Part shown: piece after piece, positions 1 through 10,384 of the stretch
Layout of the letters: the number at the start of each line of letters is the position of its first letter
Position numbering within the stretch: the first letter of the stretch is position 1
Assembly: GCF_004010195.1 (NCBI RefSeq)
Contig: NW_025215272.1
Coordinates: 48,497-80,947 of the forward strand
DNA length: 32,451 bases
Reading direction: 5' to 3'
From: Chiloscyllium plagiosum
Lineage: Eukaryota
Made by a program: the position numbers and the translations under genes
The notes under the pieces: model-generated
Databases searched by the model: none
Seen by the model: the letters and a program-made list of their open reading frames with translations, nothing else
What the model was told of the DNA's origin: nothing

Positions 1-254
1 GATGACCACAAGCTGGGATCATTTCAATTTGGAAAACAAAACTTTGCACGTTACTCCGAGTGAAATAAGACTGTTGGGACCATAATTCTGGGAGGACCGT
101 GCAGCTCATATTGAGGAAAATGTTGTCAAGAAATGTCCCGTGGTGCGCCACAGGAGCATGTGACCAAAATGGTCATGAGGCACATAAGCAGCTCATTGGA
201 CACGTGACCATGATTTGCCAGAAAACATTTTGTTTGCTGGAACGTCTTACAGGA

Positions 255-560
255 GGAGACGCAGAGAGAGATGGAGGCAGCGAAGTGGTAGTGAGAGAGC
301 GAGTTGGAGAAAAACAGAGATAGGCAGATAGAGATGGCGAGAAAGGGAGATAAAGGACAACAGAGTAAGAAAGAGAAAAGCAAGTGAAAGACAGAGGAAG
401 TGATAGAGACACAGATGGAACTGAGGGCAGACTTAGACTAAAATATAGAGTCGAGATTAGAATCAAGACATGCACGCACACACATAAAAAGAGAGATAGC
501 AATAGTGAAGAAATGAGATATGGAGAGAAGCGGAGCGAGAGAGAGAGAGAAAGAGGTTAG
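255..560. repeat. Degenerate GA-rich simple repeat
   Basis: Purine-rich tract of GAGA/GACA/GATA units; explains the L/S/F-rich spurious ORFs. Confidence 0.85.
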
Positions 561-991
561 CACGAGGGGATTTATGATCAGCATAACTGATGGATTTTTG
601 GAAAATTGGTTAAAATGCTCCAGCACGCACCAGACCAAAATTGGAGAAGCACAGACATCTTGATATCGATTTCAGGGGAACAGCTTGGGAGATCCGCAGC
701 TCTGAAGGGTATTGCAAACATAGTGTATGCTTTACTCAAGATGTCTTCAGGTCGAAATATGTAGATGGAAGTACAAGATGATAAAGATAGCTCTTTGTTG
801 AGATAGCGTTTCAGACTATTTGAGACCTTAATTAAGCACATAAAATTCAAAACGGGACTTGACAAGGGAGATGCGCAGAAGCTGTTTACCCCGTTTCAAG
901 GATCATGGGTAAATGATCCATGAAAAGAGATAAGCATTATCAAATCAGACACTTCAATATCTGACTAGATTCGATGGGTTGAAAGGCTTAC

Positions 992-1043
992 TTGTGCCCC
1001 TCCATCACCTGACCTTGTAAAGCCAAGGATGACAGTTGTCTGC
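992..1043 (-). pseudogene. Candidate internal exon of the 1841-1936 pseudogene
   Basis: Minus strand has a long pyrimidine tract and acceptor (ctctctcttcaaaactctttctttgacccag|) and a donor CAA|gtaagc; 52 nt. Phase-1 reading RQLSSLALQGQVMEGH is open. Frame not established. Confidence 0.35.
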
Positions 1044-1359
1044 CTGGGTCAAAGAAAGAGTTTTGAAGAGAGAGAAATCATCAAGATTTAATGGCAGTGT
1101 TATTGTATCACTGAAGGGGTCTGTTCTGCCCTTTTATTCCTTGCAAGCTGTACAAGCGCCATGCTGCTAACTCCTCTTCATTTCTTTTAAAGTTAACACT
1201 TCTTGGAGGTTTTAATTTAATCTGCGTCCAACACCATCCAACCACACATCACCCCCAGGCAGGACATTCGGCATCACAACCCCTCAGTGATTGATGCATA
1301 AATTCATCACACTTACACTCTGTCCTCGTTACTGATTACTTGCATCGCTCCAAGTATGT

Positions 1360-1590
1360 ACTTCCCATGGCTAATTCGACTAGCCTGCACATCATGTGCA
1401 ATTCTTCAGGCCGAACACAATAAACTGCACATCTTTGGATACTGGGAGGAAACCAGAACACTCCGATGAAACTCACGCAGAGACAGGGAGAATGTGCACA
1501 CTCCACATAGAGAGTCGCACAAGGATGCAATTGAGCCCATGTTCTTGATTCGCGGAGGCAGCAGTGTTAAGCAGCTTGCTACTGTCCCAC
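1360..1590 (-). mobile_element. Degenerate HE1/V-SINE
   Basis: Reverse complement of the V-SINE core (gggaggaaaccagaacac...acagggagaatgtgcacactccaca); matches the copy at 4351-4633. Confidence 0.75.
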
Positions 1591-1840
1591 GCTATTCCCT
1601 CTCTCTCTTTAAATCCCGCTTACAATTACCGAATACACAGTGACCCAGGAAAGGAAAGCTCAGAAGGGTTTGATTGCGATGGGATTTAGACATTGACAGT
1701 CTCGACACGAGAAGCTCCATTAACAAAGCCAAAGCAGCCCTTATGCAAATAAATGGCAGGACAGACTGACCGGGCAGGATGGCCTAATCTGCGACTTCCC
1801 TGTCCACACATCCAGAGTGATCTTTGCGATATGCACTGAC

Positions 1841-1936
1841 CTGCCAAAAATGCCTTCTATACAATTTCCTGTCAGTAGTAATGGGCTGCGACAGCACCAA
1901 GGCAACAAGAATCAATATCAGAGATATCTACATCAT
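1841..1936 (-). pseudogene. Signal-peptide exon of a small secreted-protein gene with premature stop (MM*ISLILILVALVLSQPITTDRKLYRRHFWQ)
   Basis: ATG ATG TAG, then an uninterrupted hydrophobic core, a basic stretch and a strong donor CAG|gtcagt; TATAAAAAA about 50 nt upstream. Confidence 0.6.
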
Positions 1937-1982
1937 CGGGCTCGCTGCTCCCAGCTACACTCGGCAGTCTGGCACACTACTG

Positions 1983-1991
1983 TTTTTTATA
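1983..1991 (-). promoter_or_regulatory. TATA box of the 1841-1936 exon
   Basis: Minus-strand TATAAAAAA 47-55 nt upstream of the ATG at 1936. Confidence 0.55.
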
Positions 1992-2029
1992 TGGACTCGG
2001 AAAGTCTGCTGTCGTTAGTCATCATACAT

Positions 2030-3660
2030 GTATGTACGGATATGCACGCAACCACGCACACACAGAAACACACCGAGACACTGTCACACACACAACATAG
2101 ACACACACAGAGAACCTCCCCCACACACTCCCAACCAGACACCCACACCCACCCGCACAACCCACCCCCACACATAAACGTGCATGCACACACACATCCA
2201 GGCATAAACACCAACTTACACACACTCCAATACACCCACTCACACGCAAGCACTTCCACATATACACACACATGCACATACACGCACACACACCCACATC
2301 CAGGCATACACACACATATACACACGCATGCACGACATACCCACATATCCACACCTACACTCACATACATCGACATATGTGCATACCAAACACAGACGCA
2401 CACACATGCACGCATAAGTACACACACCGATACATACACTCACAACCACACACCCAGATCCACTCACTCAAATATGCACAAACTCACAGATGCACACACA
2501 CATGCAGACACCCACAACCACACACCCACAACCACACACCCACATCCACACTCATCCATTCACCCACCCAACCATGCACGCACGCACAGACCAAAAGCAC
2601 ACAATCCAACACACACCAGAGGACAGCCACGCAGATAGATACAGACATGCACACTCACCCCCAAATGCACAAATACCCACACAATCAGATGTGCACATGC
2701 ACAGATCCTCACATACACCCACACTAAACCACCTATCCAGCCACGCACACATGCACATATTCACCTCCTCACACCCATATACACACAGACGTGCACACAT
2801 CAACATGCACTTCCCACACGAACGCACACACACCATGCATACACATGTGCAAACACACATATCCACGCATAGACGCACACCAATGCCGACCCCACACAAA
2901 CAAACACACGAACACAGTCACCCACATGCACATCCTCATACAACCAAATGCAACCGGATGTGTACACATACACCCACACATCCACGCATAAATAACTATA
3001 CAAAACAATCACAACCATCAACACACGCAATCGTTCACAACAACACACCCACATGCACACACTCAAAACACATTCACACATACTCACCCACCCACACATC
3101 CACGCATGCAGCCACCCACAGTCATAGACAGGCAGGGACACACTCAAAACCACATGCAATGCACTCACACATACAAACGCCCACACGTAAACATAGACAC
3201 ACCAGAACACACACACCTACCCACACACCCACACACTTATGCACACACTCACATTTATGCACACAAACCTACACCAACGCACACACAGGCAGTCTCTCCC
3301 ATACAGCAACACACACAGCCATAAGCACACACATACAAACGCACACACCATACTAACATCCACATCAACCTGCATGCACATGCACAGACACATAGGCACA
3401 CACACCCACACACACACCGATACAAATACCCACACCAACACCCACACACCTTCACATGCTAATACCCGCACACCCACATCCACACACTCACACATGCACA
3501 TGCACAAACACAGCGACACAAACACCTTCACACACCCACAACCACGAGCATCCCCCACACCCACGTGCACCCATGCACACAGTTCACACCAACACACACA
3601 TCCTCACACACCCACATGCCCCCACACCCATGCACACACCCACACCCACGCGCATCAATA
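2030..3660. repeat. 1.6-kb degenerate (CA)n low-complexity tract
   Basis: ACAC/GCAC/CCAC/ATAC mosaic; source of the many H/T-rich and C/V-rich spurious ORFs. Confidence 0.95.
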
Positions 3661-3664
3661 GTGT

Positions 3665-5105
3665 ACTATCATTTTCACTGATTGCAGCCTGTGAGTCAGA
3701 AAGTTTGGCATCCACTTGGAGTGTGTGGAACTGAGACGTAGGTCACAATGTTTTGCGATCCGTCTGGAGGAGATTATGGTGATGAAGGGGGAGCTGCAGT
3801 CGATGAACAGGAATCTGACGTAGGTGACCTTGTTGCCTATATGTTCCAGAGGTGAATGCAGGGCAAGGGATATGGCATTCTTTCTGTACCTGTTATGTCA
3901 GTTGGCAAATTGTCAAGGATCCAGACAGGCGGAGAGACTGGAGTTGATGTGGGCTATGACGCACTTCAGGATTATTGAAGTCAGCGGCACTGAGCGGAAA
4001 TCATTAAGGCGCATTGCTTTCTCAGTTACTGGGATGATAGTGGTCTTCTTGAAGCAGTTGGGGATTTCAGATTCTACGAAGAGAGGTTGAAGATGTCAAT
4101 GATTAGCTCTGCCAATTTGTCCACACAGGATATGAGAGCTTGCCTGGGAACACCACTAATACTTTCTATCGTTTGCCTTTCAGGAAGAACGATCTAACAT
4201 CTGCAATGGTGATGGAGAGAATAAATGCGCAAGGAGCTGTTGGCCAGGCACCACCAAACTGCTAGCATTCTTCTCAAACTGAGCTTAGAAAACATTGTGC
4301 ACGTCAAGGAGGTACGTGCCCGTGTCTGTTATCTTGCTGTGTTTCATGTCGGCTGCACGGTGGTACAGTGGTTAGCGCTGCTGCCTCACAGCGCCAGCCT
4401 CAGGCGACTGACTGTATGGAGTTTGCACATTCTCCCCTTGTCTGCGTGGTTTCCTCCCACCGTCCAAAAATGTGCAGGTCAGGTGAATTGGCCCTGCTAA
4501 ATAGCCTGTAGTGTTAGGTGCAGTGGTAAATGTAGGGGAATGGGTCTGTGTGGGTGCGCTTCGGCGGGTCGGTGCGGACTTGTTGGGCCGTAGGGCCTGT
4601 TTCCACACTGTAAGTAATCTAATCCAATCTAATATCCTACCCTGTAATGCAGTTTATGCCTTCACACAGGCTGCGGTAGTGTGGTTGGTTGTTGTGGTCC
4701 TCTAATGTGATCTGGCACAGAATGATAGCAACCCTGATGGCTTTGAAGAGGACATATACGCCGGTCCATGTCATCCGACCTGAATGTAGAAATGCTGGTC
4801 TTCAGGAGGAAGTGGATTTCCTGGTTCATCGAAGGTTTCAAGTTGGAGAACAACCTGATTGAATTTTTTGCTGCACAGTCCTCCACACATTTGCTAATGA
4901 ATCCAAGATGGTGCTACGTACTGATCCAGGTTTTCCACCAATTGCTTGAATATAATCCAGTCTACCGATAGCAGCATCGTATCACTTTTTGTGAAGGGCC
5001 CGACTTCAAAAAAAGGTTTCAGCTTCTGCTTGTGAGCTGGGAGGAGGAATACAGCGGTGTGATCTGACTTTCCGAAGTTTGGACAGGGCATAATGAAGTA
5101 CATTG
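3665..5105 (-). mobile_element. Decayed Rex1/Babar-type non-LTR retrotransposon fragment, interrupted by a SINE
   Basis: Minus-strand peptides PNFGKSDHTAVFLLPAHKQKLK, EDCAAKNSIRLFSNLKPSMNQEIHFLLK and AHINSSLSACLDP*QFA resemble the endonuclease-to-RT region of this clade; many stops and frameshifts. Confidence 0.75.
4351..4633 (+). mobile_element. HE1-type V-SINE (tRNA-derived) with apparent B-box deletion
   Basis: ggctgcacggtggtacagtggttagcgctgctgcctcacagcgccag head, tggagtttgcacattctcccc V-domain, CR1-like 3' end gggcctgtttccacactg and (aatct)n-like tail. Confidence 0.9.
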
Positions 5106-5470
5106 ACTCTACATGGAACTCCAAACGCACAGCACCGTGGTTGCCATTGACTCCCTCCGTCTATACGTGTGACCCCAGCTCCACACCTGTCTGGCTACCA
5201 TTAACCTGCTGTGGGGTCTTTATGCAAATCCTGACCAAAAGCACTGTGCTTACCACCGACTTGCTCTATGTATACATGTGACTCCCTGCTCGCAACACTA
5301 TGTTTCACCTCAACCAGGACTATCTTGCATGAGATTCCAGGACCATAGCACTGAGGGTACCACTCACATGCTCTGTCCCTAGGTGTGACTCCAGATTCAC
5401 TTTGCAAATTTTTAGTTTGACTTGTTCTGACTGTGCATGTGACCACAGAACCACTACGGTCAGTTCTGAC
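5105..5470. repeat. ~54-bp degenerate tandem array, block 1 (about 7 units)
   Basis: Recurring catgtgactccaga...cagcactgtggttaccactgac motif, the same as in 23870-25875. Confidence 0.75.
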
Positions 5471-6254
5471 AAGGGTAATTCGACCTGAAAAGTTGGCAAT
5501 GCCTTCTCTCCACAGTTGCTGCCTGATCCATTGAGCGTGGCCAGCAGTTTCTGTGATGATGATTTATTGAGTTTGGGGAAAGTGGCCTCAGAGTCTGAGT
5601 GACCAAAAATTGGCAATGTGTTGTGTGCCCGGATTACTTCAGGGACCACGCCTCGCAGCCTCTCCTGTTTTTAGCAGAAAATTTCATTCTGTGCGTTTCA
5701 CCACGAAATGGTGCATTCACCTCCTGGTGCCACACAAACCTGGTAGATATTTCCCTTGACGTTTGAACAATGCGGGCAGGAATTTGTGTGATTGATGGTC
5801 GTTTGGTGTTCGGTACGCAAGCAGATAGAATTTTGTTTCCTGGTCTGTCCCAGTGCAGATACTAATTTCATTTCGAATCTTTGAACTCAGATGTGAGGCA
5901 GTGGAGATTCTCAGACAATTGCCAAAACCGACCGCTGAGTTGAGAAACATGCCCTTTCCACCCCCACGTTAAGGGTGTAAAATGAAGGAGTGAATTTGGT
6001 TGTTGGCTATGGTTTGTGTATGTTCGAGCACAGAATAACATAATCAGGAAGTCTAGGGGAGGCTTTTCAGCCCATAGAGTCCTATAGCAAGAAATACTAT
6101 TCGAAATATTCACTAGTCACACACACCAAAACGTGGCTGTGGACTTGAAAGTGAATCATCCAATGGCGTTTTAAAGATTGTGAGATGTCGTTCCTCACCT
6201 GTCCTTCCAGACAAACAGTTGAAAACGCTTCTCCTGAACCCGCCTCAAATCCTT

Positions 6255-6520
6255 TGCTTGAATGTTCATCCAGAAACGCAGATGATGTTCTGGAAACCTG
6301 GGTTTGAATCCTGCCCTGACAGATAGTGGAATTTGAAGTCAAATATTAAAAGGAATATGAAATTTTGACGCTGATGATAAGAATGAGTCGGAAAACACAA
6401 GTTGTTCACCAATGTCCTATATGGAAGGCAAGTGTTATCCATCTAGACATCTAAATGATGCCTAGATGGGCAATAAATGCTGCCTAACCAGAGACGCTGT
6501 CATCTGTAAATAAGATAAAA
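6255..6520 (+). mobile_element. Degenerate tRNA-derived SINE (SacSINE1-like as recalled), internally deleted
   Basis: gggtttgaatcc B-box-like motif, gtggaatttgaa, gttcaccaatgtcc, and 3' tail gatgggcaataaatgctg. Confidence 0.6.
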
Positions 6521-7811
6521 TCATCAGCTACGTTTCAAATACAAATTGTGTCTCTTTGTCATTAACTCTCGAGTGTGGTGTGCAGCTGCTTTTTTCTTCA
6601 CTGTCTCCATGCCCCTCATGACCTCATACTCCTCAAACAAGCGTTCTCAGTAGCTTCCCTGCTGCAATAAAAAGAAGCTGGCTATATCCAGCCTCTCTTC
6701 ACACCTAAATTGCTCAAAAGTACACAGGAAATCACTTTAAATGAACTGATTCTTCTTCCTGCATGTGTGGGCCAAAGTAATTGCATTTGCCTGCACATGG
6801 ACTACATCTCGTTGTTCTCTGCTTGGTTATATCCATGTCAAAATATTGCCATCAGATTTGTTATCAGTATCGCCTCTGGTAGTGTGATCCAGACGCCTAC
6901 CATTCTGCGTGAAAAATCCTTTCCTCGCGCATTTCCTTTCCAGACTTGCCCTCACAACATTAATAATACCCACCAGTATTTGACATAACAAACCTGGGCG
7001 AGCTATCCAGCTGGGTAACCTATTCACGGTTCGCATAATTCGAGGTATTTTTAGCCAGACTGCACCCAGCATTCAACAATCAAGGGAAAACCTCTCCCGA
7101 CAAGTGGTATACTGTAAATCAGTCAACATTCTGATCGAAATAACTGCATAGGGGCTTGTACCTCAATTCCCTCTTTACTCGCATTGGCACAGTATACTGA
7201 CTGTGGGCAGACATCTCGGAGGAAGTCTCTCAATTTGGAGACTTTGGATGCCCTCTCTGCATCTTCCATTTAGGAATCTTTGAGTTCCCCAAGTTTTCAA
7301 CCCGAATCAAGGTCACATCGTCAATACAATCCACCTGCTTCCAATCACTAATTGGTAAACCTTTTTTTGCATGTTCTTCAAGGCATCCAAATCCTTCCGA
7401 CAGTACAGTGGCTATAATTACACATGGTTCTCCAGCTGCGGCCTCAGCAAAGCCCTGCACTATATTTGAACCCCTCCAGTGAAAATGCCATCAATGTGCC
7501 TTACCCATTTCCTGACCTCCTCCTTCTTCCCAGACACTCTGTTAAGTGACTGTTCTGAATGGGAAATGAGACATGGAAACTCATCGCTTGCCAGTGTCAA
7601 ACAGTTTTTAAACACATAACTGAAAAAAGACGATGGTTCGCAGCTTATTGGATTGACACCATAGAATAGAAGCTGAATTGCTGAGATGAGGGATTTCTCC
7701 GGTCGGAAATGCTGATGCTTTGCAGCATTGCATGTCGCCATTTCTTCTTCGATGTCAGAAATGTACACAACATAATTAGAAGTACAGGCAAGTACCTAGG
7801 AACATCATTCA

Positions 7812-8288
7812 AACGTCGATTCTCCTGCTCCTTGGATGCTGCCTGACCTGCTGCGCTTTTCAAGCAACACATTTTTCAGCTCTGATCTCCAGTATCTGCA
7901 GTTCCCACTTTCTCGCAGTTGATTTTAACCTACTACGTATCCTCTTGCAAGGATGCCTTACTTGAAAAAACTCTCTTTCTCCCTCTACAAGGATTTCAGT
8001 GAGTCCCTCTCTCACTGCACACCCCCCCCCCACCAGTTACCAGCAATCATCTTCCCGACCCCTCCGCCCTCACCCTTCTCCGGCCTATCACCCTCACCTT
8101 TACCTCCTTCCACCTATCGCATTCACAACGCCCCTCCCCCAAGTCCCTCCTCCCGACCGTATATCTTAGCCTGCTTGGCATACCCTCCTCATTCCTGACG
8201 AAGGGCTGATGCCCGAAATGTCGATTCTCCTGCTCCTTGGATGCTGCCTGACCTGCTGCGCTTTTCCAGCAACACATTTTTCAGCTCC
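7812..8288 (+). mobile_element. Penelope-like element terminal-repeat (pLTR) remnant with ~70-bp direct repeat
   Basis: gtcgattctcctgctccttggatgctgcctgacctgctgcgcttttc(a/c)agcaacacatttttcagctc occurs near-identically at about 7815-7881 and 8220-8287; a hammerhead motif precedes the second copy. Confidence 0.75.
8191..8226 (+). ncRNA. Minimal type I hammerhead ribozyme motif
   Basis: CTGACGA-a-GGGC-tgat-GCCC-GAAA-TGTC: both conserved core boxes with a 4-bp stem II; stem I weak. Confidence 0.65.
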
Positions 8289-9619
8289 TACAGCACGGAG
8301 ACAGGCCCTTTGCCTGAATTAGTCCACGACAATCAAAATGTTAATGATCATAAACTCCATTTCCCTGGACTTGGCCCATATTGTCCGAAACATTTCCTAT
8401 CCATGTATTGGTTCAAATGTATTTTAAATATTGTTAATGCACCTGCCCCAACCACGTCTGCTGTCAGCTCATTCTATCCATTCCACTCCATACCCATACC
8501 ATCCTCTGTATAAAACGTTACCCCTGAGTTTCCCTTTTATTGTTTCCGCTCTAAACATAAACTGATGCCTTCTCGTCCACAATTGCCCATCCGAGCGAAA
8601 AAAACTGAGCACATTCACCCTATACATTCCGCTGAAGGTCTTATACACTTCTACAAAATCCTGTCCCGCCACCCCATCAGTTGCCTTCTGAACATAAATA
8701 TCCTAAATTGTCCAATCTCTCCCTATAAATCAGATCATTGGGACCTGGCACAATCCTTGTGAATTTACTTAGCACTCTTTCCAGTTTAATAACATCCTTC
8801 CTATAGCAATGTGAGCAAAACTGAACAGGATACGTGAGGTGCAGCCTCATTAACTGCCTGTACAAATGACACATGACTTCTCAACTTCTATACTCAATAT
8901 CCTGGCCGATGAAGGCCAGTGGGCTGTAAACCTTCTTCACTGCCGTGTCCATCTGTGACTTCACTTTCAGAGAATCATGGATCATGGACCTGAATTCCAA
9001 AGTCCATCTGTTTCACGACACCCCTGAAGGTCCTACCCTTTACAATGAAATCCTACCTTGATGTGACTTTCCACGAAATGCAAGACCACATGTTTATCTG
9101 GAGCAAACTCCATTTGCCAATTGACAGTCCACTTCCCCTGCAGATCAAGGACTGCTGCAATTTCGGTCACTTTCTTCACTCTCCATGGTTCTGCCTCTTT
9201 TAGTGTGAACTGCAAATTTACTCCTCCCACCATATCCAGTCTCATCCAAATCAGTGATACAGATCACAAAAAAACAGCGTGCCCTGTACCGATCCATGAG
9301 GCACTCCACGAGTCACAGGCCTCCAGTCAGGCAAACATCTATCTACTATTACACTCTGCTTTCTACCATCAAACCATTTGTGTACCCAATTTGCGAGCAC
9401 CTCTGGATTCCGTACGAACTGACTTTCCAGAGCAGCCTACCATATGGACACCAATCAAATAACTTCCTGAAAACCATGTCGGCCAAGTCGACCGCCCCGC
9501 TCTCGATAAACTTCCTGGTCGCTTCATTAATGAACTCTTACAAATTTGAGCGGCATGATATTCCAAACAAAAAAAAGGCATGCCAACTGTTCCTAATTAA
9601 CCCTATATGTCCAAATGTT

Positions 9620-10124
9620 GTTGTGGTTCCGTTCGCCGAGCTGGGAATTTGTGTTGCAGACGTTTCTTCCCCTGTCTAGGTGACATCCTCAGTGTTTGGG
9701 AGCCTCCTGTGAAGTGCTTCTGTGATCTTTCCTCCGGCATTTGTAATGGTTTGAATCTGCCACTTCCGGTTGTCAGTTCCAGTGTCCGTTGCAGTGGTCT
9801 GTTTATTGGATCCAGATCAATGTGCTTATGGATTTAATCTGTGGATGAGTGCCATGCCTCTCGGAATTCCCTGGCTGTTCTCTGTTTGGCTTGTCCTATA
9901 ATATTAGTGTTGTCTCACTGTTTGGCTTGTCCCACCGGAAGTGGCAGATTCAAACCACTACAAATGCCGGAGGAAAGATCACAGAAGCGCTTCACAGGAG
10001 GCTCCCAAGCACTGAGGATGTCACCTAGACAGGGGACGAAACGTCTGCAACACAAATTCCCAGCTCGGCGAACAGAACCGCAACAACTAGCACCCGAGCT
10101 AGACATCTTCTCATAAACTTTGAA
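9620..10124. mobile_element. 5'-truncated, inverted Penelope-like insertion with 153-bp inverted arms and 16-bp TSD
   Basis: Arms about 9618-9770 and 9934-10086 are near-perfect reverse complements. Spacer reads DNTNIIGQAKQRTAREFREAWHSSTD*IHKHIDLDPI on minus (GIY-YIG C-terminus-like). tatatgtccaaatgtt at 9604-9619 and 10125-10140. Confidence 0.85.
10009..10048 (+). ncRNA. Minimal type I hammerhead ribozyme motif
   Basis: gca-CTGAGGA-t-GTCACCT-agac-AGGGGAC-GAAA-CGTC-tgc: intact core, stem II, 3-bp stem I; predicted cleavage after C10045. A mirror copy on minus at about 9656-9695 has one stem II substitution. Confidence 0.7.
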
Positions 10125-10384
10125 TATATGTCCAAATGTTTGTTTATTTTATCTCAGAATTTTCTCACGTAACCTACCTACCACGGATATTCGCCTTACT
10201 CGTCTTTCTTCCCCAGGCTTTTATTTACAGCCTTCTTGAATAAGGGCGCACAATTCTTTACCCTGTAGTCTTCCGGGACGTCACCCGTGGCTAATGACAA
10301 TAAAAATGTATCAGACAGTTCCCACGCAAAGTCTTCTCTAGCATTTTGCAGGGTCCTAATGTAGATAGCAAAGACCAGGCAAGG

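Noticed and set aside
1636..1750. CACAGTG heptamer and ATGCAAAT octamer suggesting an immunoglobulin locus
   Set aside because: No nonamer at 12/23 spacing and no V-domain coding sequence nearby.
1817..3734. Long His/Thr-rich and Cys/Val-rich ORFs (up to 288 aa)
   Set aside because: Translations of a degenerate CA repeat, open in most frames on both strands.
4351..4400. tRNA-like sequence
   Set aside because: SINE head only; no full cloverleaf and the B box is missing.
5675..5830. Possible exon with a vWF C8-like pattern (NGAFTSWCHTNLVD...FEQC)
   Set aside because: Needs frameshifts, has stops in all frames and no neighbouring VWD exons.
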